Notes: generated by a model not told the origin, from the letters alone. 64,000 bases of DNA from a virus (IMGVR_UViG_3300028805_000039:63852-127851), one strand, 5' to 3'; positions 1 through 14,222 are shown, counted from the first letter of the stretch. Numbers and translations: made by a program.

Positions 1-2638
1 AGAACCAGCCCCAATCACTATGGCTTACTTTATCTGCATCTTTTTTATTTGTTGCTGACTTAAATTTAGTTTTAAAATTTCTACGAGGGTATGCCTAAGA
101 AGATGTGCCCTATACATTAATTCCAACACCAATAGCAACATAACTTGGGGAATGTGTTTTATAAAATTGAGCTGAAATTAATCCTTTTTCATAGGCACGA
201 TCTAAAACAGGATTTGTAAAAGTTATTTTACAATATCTGTCATTTCCTTTAAAATAAGGTAATTTATCATCATTTTCAGCATGTGGGCCTTTATTTGGAT
301 CATTAAAACCAGAACCATTATCAATAATTTCCCATACAGCATATGGCATAGATGGATTATCTGGATATAATTCATTATATTTTAATAATTTTGAATATAA
401 TAAAATAGTTCCATCAGTTTCATCTGTTAACTAATTTTGATCATATAAAGCTACATCATGAATATCAGCAATATAATTATGAATAACATCTGGCATTGAA
501 AGTTCAGTACGATATATTCTAAGTTTAAAGATATCAACATCACAAAATTCAGAATTAATTTCAAATTTATTATTATCCATTTTAAAAGATGGAGTAGAAC
601 TTAAATCTAATGCGCCACTTAAAATACCATTTAAATAAATGGATAATAAATTACTTGATTTAGAAATTACAAAACCTAAATTAATAATTTCATCTTCTTT
701 ATATCGGACATTAGCAATTGCCAATGGTGTACGAAAATAAGCTTCCTAAGTACCAATACAAAAACCAAAACCTTGATTATTTAAATATTTAAAAATAACT
801 CCGGCTGTGTCACTAATTGTTTTTGGGGATCCTTTATCCATTTCTGGGTTGCCATCTGTATCTACTTTTATTGTGTAATGATTTGCTGCTATCTCAGCTA
901 ATGTATAAGAATTAGTGTTTTCTTCTACATAATAATAAGGAATTGTTTTAATTAAAGTAGAATATTCTTGAATATTTCTTACTCTAAATCTAATTTCAAA
1001 AGAATAATTATTTTCATTACCACTTAATGTAAAAGTATCTAAATTAACATCTACGCTCGCTCCATTAGATACTGATAAATAAGAACCATTTCCATCATCA
1101 TCATTTAACCAACCATTATTATACCAGTTGAAATTTTTAAAAGTAGTATTATAATTATTGAAACTCCAATTGTTACGAGAAGTTGTTGTTTCATTATTTG
1201 ATCTACCAGTAGAGTTTAGATTTAAAATTAAGCTATTCTTATTTACTAAACCTAAATCACGAGCTCCTTCAGTGGTTACAATAATACTTATATTTTCAGT
1301 AGTACTTCCACAAGTAAAAGTAAAAATATTTTCTTTTTCTGGATCAACACCTTCGCTTGCTTCATATAAATTAGTGACATCTAATTTTATCCAAGTTGAA
1401 GCATTATAAGAAACTTCCATCGGCGAAGCAGGAATTTGACTACCGTTTTTATAGATATAAACTTTAGATTTAGTTGAATTAGCTTCTTTATCAGGATCAT
1501 AAATCATGAAAGGAATAACACATTCATTATAATTTATAACCTTTTTTTCATATTCCCCAAACCAAATAATAGGGACTTTTGAATTAATATCACGCCAAGC
1601 TAAATCATAAGAAATATAATCAGAATAAAGATCTACCCCACTAATTTTAGTAGACATTCTCAATTTAATATTATGTGCTCCATGAGTTTGTTCTGGAATC
1701 ATAACAGTATAAGTTGAATTTCCAGTAGGTTTAAAAGATATAAATTGCTTATTTCTTTCATCACTCGTCAATTTTAACTCACGATCATCATCAATTAATA
1801 CATGTAAAGTCTAATTTAATCCATTATAAACTGGAATAAATGAAATTCCTATTTCTCCTGTCCTAATTGCAGTTGGATTAAAAGTAGAATCTTTTTTAAT
1901 TCCAAGCTCAACAGTAGAAATATCTCCTAAAATACGTCTAATACGAGAATCATTAATTCCCATATTAGAATTAACAGATGATGCTCTAACCGTAATAGTG
2001 ATATCATTACCTTTTGGAAGACGAGCCGTATCAAATAAATAAGTTTCTCCGCTATTTATTTTTTCACTAAAACTTTCATACTGTTCTCCTTTTTGGGTAA
2101 TAACAAAAGTTAAAGTAATTTGAGTATCAACATCAGATGTGGCAGTAAATTTAGCATATGAAGTTTGACCATAAATATATGTAAAACCAGAATCAATACT
2201 TGTATTGTCATAAGATAAATAAGTATCCTAAGATGATACGTTAGTTCCTCCGCCACTACCACTGCCACTAACAGCAATTAATTCTCCAATTACATATCCA
2301 TTATCTATTTGCATTACACGGAAAAAACGTCCATCGGAATTTAAAATTAAGGCATCTTTTTTTGGTAAAATTTGGTCATCAAAAGCAGATTGCTAAATAT
2401 TATAAGTTTGATCAGCATCGTCATCTGTTGCTTTAGTAATAGTTTCATCTGTCCCATGAGCCCAGATGAATCCAGTAGAACTATCAGAATTCCCACCATT
2501 ACTCATAAGATAACGACCGCCAGATTTATCTAAATAAATTTTTCCAGTATCATATGCAAAATAAATATATCCTTCATTAATTGGCATCTATTTAATTTTG
2601 CTTTCAGTCCCTCTCACTGGTTGAAAAATTTCTGCCAT
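1..2638 (-). CDS. Very large tail/fibre-associated structural protein, N-terminal 879 aa only (runs off the window); TAG read as Gln; LamG/concanavalin-like segment
   Basis: ATG at 2638 after GAGAAAGGAG. Track fragments 2393-2587, 746-1771, 431-724 and 110-349 share one frame and break at TAG. The segment LSIYLNGILSGA...DIFKLRIY resembles LamG-like beta-sandwiches. Confidence 0.8.
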
Positions 2639-2675
2639 TTGTAATGCTCCTTTCTCTAAAAATATAATAAAAATA

Positions 2676-2707
2676 AGGGAAAGAAATATTAAAATTTTCT
2701 TTCCCTT
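2676..2707 (-). terminator. Intrinsic terminator-like hairpin after the 581-aa tail gene
   Basis: Inverted repeat AAGGGAAAGAAA...TTTCTTTCCCTT followed by a T-rich run on the minus strand. Confidence 0.55.
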
Positions 2708-2782
2708 TATATAATATTTCCTTCGCTAAAATATGAAAATTTGTTTTTCTATTTTAAAGGAAGTTGTCCTTTTTATAAGGTA

Positions 2783-4528
2783 TTAAGCAAAAGATTCCCA
2801 CTCTAAATTCATTTTTAAAGTATTATCAAGATCAGAAGTAGTAGAAGGAGTTACTCTATATAATTTTAAATTATCAGAAGTTAATCTTAAATTTAAATTA
2901 ACAGAATTACCTTCTTGTTCTGATAAAGCAAAATTAGCACCATAAATACCCATATTATCTGCAACAGTAGAAGTATATTCTAAGTCTTGTAAAGTGGGAT
3001 GAGTATCTTGTACAGTATATTCAACAGTACTAATTGAAGCAATATGTCCCTAAGGATCTAAACTAATTGCTGAAATTGTTGGAATTGTTAAAGAACCTTT
3101 TTTACTCTGTACTCTTCCATTAGTACTAGTAGCTGCTTCATAAGTACGAGCTGTCCCAGTCCCAGGAGCACCATGAGTAATTTGAAAATTCATTTCAGCA
3201 TTGTTAGTACCTGTACCAGTAGCTGTAATATTAATTTTAGCATTATTATTATTGCTATCTTCAGTAAAACTAATACTACTTAAAGTTGCATCACTATTAT
3301 AATGGTCTTCAAAAATTAAAGCTTTATTTGCTACATTACCAGTGAATTTAATAAATTGATCGTCACCAGAAGGAATAACTTTCCAAACAATAGTATCATT
3401 TGTTTTATCTTCTTCAGCAATAATTAAATCACCAGTTTTTGCATTTACCACACCAGTTAAATTAATATCACAACCAGCTTTATATGTGTAACCTGGTTTA
3501 TTTGTTCCAGTAAGGGCATTAGTTGCATCAGTTAAATTTTCTAATACTCCTTTAAATTTCATGCCATCGAATTCAGCTTCTTTAGCATCAAAAAGAGCAT
3601 CAATTTCAGCTCTAGAATAAACGCTCAAATGAGCAGTAGGATCTTCTCCAACAGCTCCAATAAACACTTTAGATTCTAATTTAGCGCCCTCACCATAGGT
3701 AATAACTGGAGTAATTCCTTGTGAATCAATATCACTTTCTCCGCCTTTAAAAGAGATTTTGCTAGAAAAGACTCCTTGATCAGAGAAATTATTTGTAATT
3801 GATTGAATATCAGAATGACTAGTAATATTGATATTTCCATTTGCATCACTTGTAATATGGGTGCCGCCACCGCCATTAAATGTTACGTCATCTGTGTCCT
3901 TTGATCCCTATACGCCTAAATGTAAATAACCTGCATTTTGATTATTTTCAGTTGCGGTAGTAGACATAACATAAACTGTAGCATGGTCATTATCTGCACT
4001 AATAACAATTTCATTACCAGCATTCAATGCTAAATGAACATTAGCGCCACCTTTTAAAGTAAAATTACCAGTAGCAGAACGAGATGCATTTTTGCCAGCT
4101 TCCTCTACAGTGGTAGTAATTTGAACTCCATATGTTTCAGCATCGCCGCCGTCAGAAGCCTCAACAGCTTCACTAGAGCTTTTTAATCTTGTATCTGGAT
4201 TAATTTGAATCCATCCATTAGTATCACCAAGTCCAGTATAAACAGCTAAAATATTCTGACTAGACCAATAATAAAAATCTCCAGTTTTTAAATTAGGATT
4301 TGTTGTGCTATCTGGTAAAGTCTCACCTTGAGGAACAATATGAATAAATTGATTTAATTCAACTAATTTATTATTTGCTTGAGCAAAATATAAACGATTT
4401 GTATCTTCAGTTAAATAAAAAGCACCGGCTTTAAATACACCTTGAGCACTACTAGCATTATTAGTTATTAAAGTATCTAATGCACTTTGTGTGCCTCTTT
4501 TAAAATATACATTCATAGGATTAGCCAT
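2783..4528 (-). CDS. Putative tail fibre/structural protein, 581 aa (TAG=Gln)
   Basis: ATG 4528 after GAGAGGAG. Fragments 3908-4528 and 3050-3667 are in frame, the gap 3667-3908 translates openly, and the stop is TAA at 2783-2785 (...LEWESFA*). Thr/Asn/Gly-rich. Confidence 0.8.
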
Positions 4529-4556
4529 TTAATAATATCTCCTCTCATTATAAATA

Positions 4557-5612
4557 TTATCCATTATTTTCTTCAGAAGAACCATTTTCATCTAATTCAG
4601 CCCATTTTAATTCTTCTTTTAAGCTAATAATTTCATCAATAACAGTAGTGGTTTCTTTACCAGTAGCATCAAGTAATTTAGATAAATCTCCTACTTCATT
4701 GGTATAGCGTTCAATAGTTAAATAATTATCAGTAATACTTTGTAAGTTGTTTGATAAATTATGTAACTAAGTATTTAAATCACCAACTGCATTGTTAAAA
4801 TTTTCAGTTGTGACATAATTATTTAAATTAATGTCAGAGCCGCCTACTTTTTCATATTTCCCATTAATAACCATATACTCAGTATATGAATTATCTCCAT
4901 CTTCATTATCATTAGGAACTAAGAAAATTGTATTATTTAATTCACCAACATCTTCGATCTCAGGTAAAGTTGGAGTAATTTCATACTGACGCTAATTGAC
5001 TCCTTTAATGGCAGCTGCAATTTTTCCATCAACAGCTTCTAATCCATCCTATAAATCACTAATATTGGTTTTAATTGTTGTAATTTCATTTTCAAGTGAT
5101 GTTACTCGATTATCAATAGATTCACCTATTAATAATTCCCATTGCTCCCCATTATAAAGATAAGGGACTCCATCAACAAATGAAATATCTCCAGCGTTTG
5201 GAGAACTATTTATTCTGTTTAAACACTCATTTAAAGTTTCATCTTCTTGCTATTGAGTATCTTTAATAATAATAGACCCAGCATTAGGGGAGAAATGCGC
5301 ATCTTTAAGAGCCTGAACAAGAGAAGTTGAAACCCATTTATTCTCTGTTATATCATATTGTAAAATATAACCATCTGCTAAATCATTTGTGATATTTAAA
5401 TCACTTAAATTAGATAAGGTTAAATTTTCTAATACATTGTTTATTCCACTAATTAATGTTTTCCCTAAATATAAAGAACCATTTTTTTCTAAATTATTAG
5501 GGTCTTGAATAAAATATAAAGCATTATCTTCTAAATGATTAGCCGCTTTTAATCTATCATATGCAGCTTGAGAACCACGCTAAAATTTTACATACTTATT
5601 AATCTCCGCCAT
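4557..5612 (-). CDS. Putative tail fibre/adaptor protein, 351 aa (TAG=Gln); absent from the ORF track
   Basis: ATG 5612 after AAAGGGGT; MAEINKYVKF*RGSQAAYDRLKAAN...; ends SSEENNG-TAA at 4557 in the same frame. Confidence 0.75.
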
Positions 5613-5776
5613 TGTACTTTTTACCCCTTTCTTTTTATTTTATTTTTCCTATAATTAATTAAAAAAAATTTTTAATTAATTATAGGAACATGGCCAAATC
5701 AAGGGAAGTCCAATGTGAATATCTTTTGTTAGTTCATAATATAGATTAATTACATCTACATTTTTAAATGTATTAT

Positions 5777-8700
5777 TTAAGGATTGTCGCTATCAGTATT
5801 ATTAAAATAAAATATAATTGTTTTATCATTATAACCAGTAAATTCAAATAAAGATGTTTTTCCAGCTAATAAACTATCTGCATTAACCCAATATAAAATA
5901 TGTCCTTGTTTAAGATTGAAGCTTGTAGCAATATCAATATCTTCAACTTTTAATTCAATATTATTAAAGTTCATATCTTCAATAGAATATAATCCAGTAT
6001 TAATATCTAATAGAATCCACTTGCCCTCATCTGCTGGAATCTTTTCATTACCTACAATTAAAGTATTTAATGCATATTTATTTAAAGAACTATAAGAACC
6101 AGTTAATGTAATTTCATTATTACTTTGACTAATAATAATATTATCCTAATTATCTTGAGCTAATTTAATAATTTCAGTATTATCAGTTAATAAAGAAGAA
6201 GACACTGTAGTAACTTTTTTAACACTAATATCCATATCTAATTTATTACTATTTGTATTAATAGCTTGTAATAAAACTTTAGTTTCTTTATAACCAAGAG
6301 CATTAATTGTTAATACTTTCTAACGGAATAAATCTTCAATAGCATACCATAATATAACGCAACTTTTTGGTAAAGAATATTCGCTAGTAAAATCTTCATC
6401 ATCTTTAGTTAATATTCTATCATTAATACTTACTCCAATAATAGAATCAAGACCAAAGTCAATTGTAATACCAATCCACCTATAAGGAGCATTATTTTGA
6501 ATATCATTATCAAAAACATAAGGAGTAAGATTCTAAAAATTACCTTCGATAATAAAGCTATTAAGATTTTCATTTTCTTTTCTAACTGTGATACGATTCT
6601 AATTCTATTGAGCGACCTAACTATTAATATTATTATTAGCAATAAGATTAACTCTTTGAACATCAATATCTAAAGTATTCTATTTAAAACAAAGATTTAT
6701 AGTTTTATCATAATAATTTTCACTTTCTAAAATAATAGTTGTACCATTTAAAATATCTTCAGCATTAACCCAATAAGCAATATGCCCATTATGAAGCCCA
6801 TAAGCAATAGCAAAATCAGCATCTTCTTCAGTTAAAACTGTCCCATTTATTTTTGTTCCAACAATAGTTGGTAAACCAGTATTAATATCTAATCCAATCC
6901 AAAAACCTTCAACCTAATCTAAGTTAGTAGGCGTAAATTTATTCATGGCTGTTAAATCACCAAAAACAACAATATCATTCTCAGTCTAAGTAACAGTAAT
7001 TAAATCCTAATTCTACTATGACACAATTTGATTATCATCAGCTAAAGAAGTCATGATTTTATTAATAACTACATTCATTTCATTAATATTATTTGTTGTG
7101 TCAACAAATTTTAACATTAAATAAAAATCATGGTATTTATCAGATTTAACAACAAAGGTATTCATCGCTTCACCATTTAATTCTTCTATATTAACCCAAA
7201 GCAACAAATGTTTTTCGTCTAACCCAGCTGCAATACTCTATTGAACATCATCTTCTGTATATACTTTCTCATTAATTGTCGCATCTTTAATAGTTAATAA
7301 ATCTGTTTCAATATCTAATAATATCCATTTGCCAAGTCCATAATCTGATAAAGTAAAATCATTTAAACGTTTTAAATCACCAATAATTAAATAATCAGTT
7401 GAGTTATATTTTACTACATCTGTTAATCTCTAATTTTTCTAAGATTTATTATAATTTATATCTGTTTCTGGTAAAATAGTATCATTAATTTTATTAACCT
7501 AGATTTTCATAACTCTAATATCATTAAATTTTATTAATAAAACATAATCACTAAAACCAGAAGATTTAATCAAATAACTTTTTGTATTCTATAAAACTTT
7601 AACATCTTCCCAAATCACAATATGGCCCGCTGGTAAACCTAATGCAGTGGCTTCAGACTCATCTTCTTCAGTAAGTTCTTTATTATTAATTGATGCTCCT
7701 ACAATAGTGGATAATCCAGTATCAATATCTATTCCAATCCAATGGCCAAAAGAACTTGTTTCTCCATTAGGAGTTATATCATAAAGATTTAACTTATCAA
7801 GATTTCCTTCGATTAATACAGTTTTTCCATCTTTTGGATCTAAATAAGTATTGACTATTTTCTAATTCTCTAAAGCTTCTTCCATATTTTCATTATTTGG
7901 AACAGTTGTTAAAAGATTAACTCTAACATTCATTAAAATATCTGAAATATCATTAATACTATTAAATCTAACATTTAGAGCTATTGGATCATATCCTGGA
8001 ATAGAAAAATTAATTTTTTGTTCTGTAAGATAATCAAAAACTTTAATCCATAAAGCAATATGACCTGGAATTAAGTTTGATGCTGTGGCTTTAGCCACAT
8101 CTGTATCATCTAACTAACGTCCATTTACTATTATATTTTTTATATCTCTCTATCCAGTTTTAATATCTAATCCTACCCATTTTGATTCAACCTCATCTAA
8201 AGAGAAACTTCTTAATTTATTGATATTACCATATATTAATATATCATTATTATATTGAGAAATAGAAATACTATCTTGATTCTATTTTGATGCTCCAAAA
8301 TTCGCATCATTAGGAACTACTAAAATTTTATTAACTTTTAGATTTACAGTATTTGTAAGATCAATATTACCTTTAGAAGTATTCATTAACTACCAAGTAT
8401 CAAAATTAATATTATAATGTCCATCAATAAAATCTGAAGATACTTTTGTATCTGTATAACTATATGTTGTTTTAGCTTTATTAACAGCTATGGCTCTACC
8501 ACGTTCATCTACCCAATAACCGCCAGATAAATCAGCCAATGATTCATTTGGATAAGTTATATACTTAGTTGCATAGCCACCGACAGTATAAGGTTTGTTT
8601 AAAATCATTGGAGTATTGGTATCGCCATTATTATCAGCAGTCCAATCATTATATAAATAATAACTAATTTCTCCTGTTAATGGGTTAGTTTCTTTAAACA

Positions 8701-10594
8701 AATCAATTAGAATATTAGCTAAACCAATTGAGTTATTTTTTAAGACATCTTGTAGTTCTGGGACCTAATTCATCCAATCTAAATTAGGATCATCTTCCCC
8801 ATTTGGAATTCTCATAGTCCATGTAATTGGTTTTCCTTGTCTTATATCATACAAAAAAGCATATCCATCATTGGCATTAGGTTCTGTTGTTGGAAGATCA
8901 ATTATTCTATTATCATTCGTGCAAAACTTAGCGACAATAAAATTTGGGCTTATTTTTTTGCCATATAATAAAGACCAAGGCTTAATAATCTAGTTGAATT
9001 CAGTAGCAGACCAAGTTCCATCCTAATTTTCTGATTCTAAAGTACCTGATATTTCAATTTTTTCTGGGAGAGCGTTAGGATCATTTCTATTTTTTAATGT
9101 TACATATTCATCTTCACCATCATTATTCACTACAGTAAGATAGTTATGAAATTGTGTTGTTCTAGAAAATTTTCTGAAATAAGGACGTAAAATTCCTTTA
9201 CGAAGATCTTCCTCGTCTTCTGGTTCAGGAAAACCATAAATTAAATCATACAAAATCTTCATTGTATTCCCAATAGACGGGAAATTTAAATATAACTGTT
9301 TGCGATTTACATCAGTAACTGATTTTAATCTAGCTAATGTATTGCCCAAAGCATCTTTACTTTCAACAGGCTCTAAATTTGAACCTAATGTTAATATTTT
9401 TTCATAATCATCTAATCCACTTGGAATAAATGCTAAAGCTGTTTGCCCATTATCTAAATTATAACTATAAGCCATATTGAAGCCATTTTTATTATAATTT
9501 ACAGTATTGTTGCTAGCTTCTACCTCTAAAAGATGCGGATAATGCATTAAAAATCTTTGTTCAGTATCCATAACTGAATCAAAATAAGCTTGATTATATT
9601 TTTCTTTAGCATTTACCAATTTAACAATTTCAAATTCATTTGTTACAGGATCAATTCTTCCTGTAACGATTCTATCGTCAGCATCAACACCATCATCAAG
9701 TTCATAAGTTAATGGCGCTTCTTCTTTAAGATCAAACTATGGAGCTCTAGCATTAAGTTCAGCTACCATAATATATTTATCAATAACAATATTTCCTTGC
9801 TAAATATAAGTTTTTTGCCATACAGTAGAATCGTAAGTTGCTCCATAGTAAGTTAAATCTGTTCTTTCATGGGCTCTAAAACTTGAATTTTCTTGAATAA
9901 TTGAATTTTTAAAAGCATCCTAATAAGCCGGTGGCCCAGCCATAGTTTTATAATAATCAGAAAATTCTGCATTTATTTCATTTAATTTACTAAAAATTTT
10001 ATTCTAAAAATAAGTTTTAAATTTATCATAAGATCCATCGCCATTAATAATTAAATTTCTTAAAGAATTATTTAAATTATTAACAGTAAAAAAATCTTCA
10101 AAACTATCTCTTGTATATACATTGCCCTAAAGGACATAATTTTCCCATTCTTCCTAAGATAATGGTGTAAAACGAACATAATTATCATTATACTTAATAT
10201 AATATATAGTATTAGCGCTATATTCTCCAACAGTATATACACGATTATAAATAGTTGGAAAAATCTCTAATAATTTATCATAACTGTCTTTGCCAACAAT
10301 ATTATTCTCTTTTGTCAACAGACTAAATGTTTCCTATAATTCAATTACATCTTTAATTTTATTATAATATTTCTATTTTGCCTCATCTAAGTAACTATTT
10401 AATTTATTAATATAAGTAATAGAACTTCCAGGTGATGTATTTTTATAACGTTCACCATACTCGACTAATACATAACGACCAGCATAAACACCATCTGTTT
10501 TAGCAGCCTCATCCATTTCTTTTCTAGTGCTATAAACACGATCAAACTAAAAAGTTGCTGCTCCAATTTTTTTTATATTTCCATATAAACTCAT
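5777..10594 (-). CDS. Large tail-associated protein, 1605 aa (TAG=Gln), with six ~142-aa C-terminal repeats
   Basis: ATG 10594 after AAAAGGAG (MSLYGNIKKIGAATF*FDRVYSTR). Fragments at 9023, 8390, 7862, 7016 and 5777 are all in frame; TAA at 5777. Confidence 0.75.
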
Positions 10595-10938
10595 ACATTC
10601 ATCTCCTTTTGCTCTTCATAAACAATATCTATAATTAAATAGCCATTTGGAAGATTTTTTAATAATTCCATACTGTCCTAATCAATTCGTATATTGTTAA
10701 TAGTAGCTGATGTATTTTTTACATCTAATTCAAAAATTCCTGAATTTCCTACTACAACAGGTTTTAAACTACTATTTAAATAAAATTTTGTTCCAGGAAT
10801 AGTCTAAATACCTAAAGAAATAATTGGAGAATATTTTTTAAAGCTTTCAGAGGTGCAATACCTAGTCCAAGTCCAATCTGGGAAATTATTAGCCGCACCA
10901 TCTTTATAATATCGAAATTGTGCCATTCTTGTTGCCAT
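10591..10938 (-). CDS. Small virion-module protein, 115 aa (TAG=Gln); paralogue of 10956-11375
   Basis: ATG 10938 after GGAGG; MATRMAQFRYYKDG...I*TIPG...GNSGIFELD; its TGA overlaps the next ATG (ATGA). Confidence 0.8.
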
Positions 10939-10955
10939 AAAGGTAATCCTCCTTT

Positions 10956-11375
10956 TTAATTTTTATAAATAATAGTAATAATCAAAAATCCATTCTCTAA
11001 AACATCTAATGTTTTTTTACTATTATCATCTATAGTTAAGCCAGTAACTGCTAATAAATTACTATATTTTTGAGTTGTTTTAAGAATTCGATCTCTTAAA
11101 ACTATATCAAAATTTCCAGTAGGCCCTATAATAAATGGTAACATTTCATGATTGGCACTTGATTTTTTGTCCTAATTGATATATAGTTTTAATCCAGGGA
11201 TCGTCTAAATATGAATAGATTGTATATTCTTATATTTCTCAAAAGTCCATCTATATGGGAACAAAGAAGCTCCATAATTATCTGCATAAATATCTGTAAC
11301 TACTGGAAAATTATACTTTTTTGCGTTAGGATTATTTGCCCCATAATATCTAAACTATGCAATTTTTAAACCCAT
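10956..11375 (-). CDS. Small virion-module protein, 139 aa (TAG=Gln); paralogue of 10591-10938
   Basis: ATG 11375 after AAGGAGG; MGLKIA*FRYYG...I*TIPG...GPTGNFDI; TAA at 10956. Confidence 0.8.
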
Positions 11376-11393
11376 AATAATATAATAACCTCC

Positions 11394-14222
11394 TTAATAT
11401 ACACGTTCTGGGACTCTAATCGCGTTAATTGTCATTATACCAGAATAATCTAATGGTAAATTAATTTTATCAATAATATAATAACCATTAATTCCACGAT
11501 TTTCATCCTAAGCAGAAATTAATGTATTTGGTTCTAAATAATAAATAGGAGTCGCAGATAATGTAATTTGTTCATTGCAATAAGCATTATTGTATAATAA
11601 ATCGTCAATAATTTCTTGTATAGTAATACTTCTTGTACTAATACGTATTCTATCATCTTCTATAAACTATGAAAAAATATCTGTATTTATTAAGTAATTA
11701 TACCCAGTTAAAAGACGACCTTTTTCTTCATATTCATTATATAATTTCTAATCTATAAAAATAACATTTGGTACTGAATTATAAATAATAGCTTGACTAT
11801 TCTCATTTTTTATATTTTTTGGACGATCACCTATTGCTGTTACAGAAAATTGTCCTAGTCCTAATGAATCAGCATCAAAAAAATCAAACCAAAAAATTAA
11901 ACTTGATGGATCTAACAAAATATTTTTATTCCATGGCCCTGAATATTTTGTTTCAACAATTTCATTTCCTATTTTAGTATATGTCTCAAAATTCTCAATA
12001 TCAATACTCTAATAACTATTAATACTTGTATTTTTTTTAATTTCAAGTAACTCATCTTCTGGCATATATAAAATACGCCAAAAACCATTTATATCATGAT
12101 AATATTGTTCATATCCAGTTTTCCCTTTTTCATAAGGGCGAACACTTACATATTTATTCATTTTTTTAAAAAAGAATTTTTTATTATTATTACGTTGTAA
12201 CTATGCACTATAATCATCATCATGGTTATGCTAATAATAGTCTTTTGCCATCTAATAGATAACTTCTCTCCAATCTACTAATTTAAAAACTTCATTATTT
12301 AAAATAATATTAGGATAAATATTACTATTTAATGGTAAATCTTGCGTTAAATCTAAGTCTTTATCATTATCATTCTCTATTTCAAAAGAATATTCTAAAC
12401 GAATTGTATCATTAAAATAGTTAATACTCATATAATTAGTGCCATTGTAAGCAGAATAAAAACTAGGTTTTTTATCAATTGCATATCTCGCATGTATAGG
12501 GACTTCTAAACCTGAAGATAATTTTTTTATGCCCCACACGGTAAAATCATTTTTTATTTTTCCAATCTATGGGTTGCTTGAGTAAGTTGTAATAGTACGG
12601 CTTCCTTCAAAATGGTATTTTACATTTGAAGAAACATTATATGGTTCTATATAATACTCATTACGTCCTTCAATATCAATACGGTTATCCCAAGATGTAT
12701 TAACATATGTTTGTTTTGCCTAAAAAATAAATTGTCCTTGAGTATTATAAAAATATTCAAAAATACCAAAAGTTTTAATAATTTTATCTAATATAGAAGT
12801 TACTGTATCTCCTACACCAGCTATTAATTCATCTGGGTAATAAGTTTCAGTTAATTCATATCCAATATCTTCGCCATCAGCAATCTAAATCAAAACATAA
12901 TTACCTTCATAAAACTCTGTCTACTGACCAATATTATTCTCTTGTAAAAAAGTTTGAAAATTTTTTATATTATCTTTTAAATGATACATAGTATGTTTAA
13001 TAAATAAATCATCTTTAAATCCATAAGATAATAAAATCTAATATTCATCATATGAAATAATTGATTCAATTCCAGTGATCTATTTTAAAACAGCTATTAA
13101 AGCTTCATCTTGAAAATTTATAATTTTTTCATCTATTACAATATTATTAATTTTTAAAAAGTTTTGAAAATCTTCAAAAGAATTTATTGTATAAATAATT
13201 TTACTAGTATCATCAGTTTCTATAAATAATTCATTATCTACATTATATTTTAATAATATTTGATAATCATCTTCTGAAATTAAACTTTTTTCATTTTCTA
13301 TTTTTTTTAAAATTTTTGGCAAAGTTTCATTTTCCATTAATAAAAAAGTAGGATGAGTAAAATTGTCAATTAAATTATTATTATCTTCTCCTACTCCAGA
13401 CTAAAAGATAAATCCTTTTTTAAAAATATTAAAATTTACTAATAATTCTGGCTAATTTTTATAATAATATTTATATTTGGGCATAATGGCCCCATCGCTA
13501 GCAAGATCAACAATTTCTTCAGTATCATAATTCTAAATGAAATAAAATGTATTCCTACTATTATTAGTTAACATCTTTAAAGATAATTTGTCAATATCTT
13601 TTACTATAATATTTTGAAAATCTTCCTAAGCATAATGATGTATCATTTCTTTAATAATATAAGATAAAGGTTTTTTTTGATCAACAAAACTTCCATCAGC
13701 ATTAAAAATACGTTCTACATCAAGCTATGTTTCAGTATTAAAAATTCCACCAATATCTCCATTTAACAGACACATTTTATCTTTACCAGTTAATTTAATT
13801 GTATAAGAACTTACTGAAGCAGATGAACGAAAATCTGTTAAAATAAAAATACCCTATGGAAACCAAATAATATCTGGGTACATCTAATAATAATTAGTAA
13901 TATTATAATTAGTTTTTTCTAATTTTGCAGTTGTAATATTATTCTCAATTCCAATTTCAATTTTTACTCTTGTGGTTAATGACCAATAAATATTATTTAT
14001 ATTTAAATTATTAGTTGTTAAAGTCAAAGAACAAGTACGTCTAACACAGGAGCGTCCATCTAAAGAGATGGACCCCCCTGTAACAATTCCTTCAATTCTT
14101 TCAATAGGATAATTATCTAAAGTTAAAGAGGTAATGCGAGCATATGTTATTTTATTTCTATTTTGATCTAATTGATATAAAAATTCAAAATCTTGCAATG
14201 GAATCTATCTTGCTTTTGTCAT
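11394..14222 (-). CDS. Baseplate hub/tail protein, DUF5048-like, 942 aa (TAG=Gln)
   Basis: ATG 14222 overlaps the upstream TGA. The N-terminus IEGIVTGGSISLDGRSCVRRTCSLTL and C-terminus YTLEPNTLISA...YIIDKINLPL resemble DUF5048-type tail proteins of Firmicutes phages (recognised by eye). Fragments at 13884, 13080 and 12252 are in frame. Confidence 0.7.
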
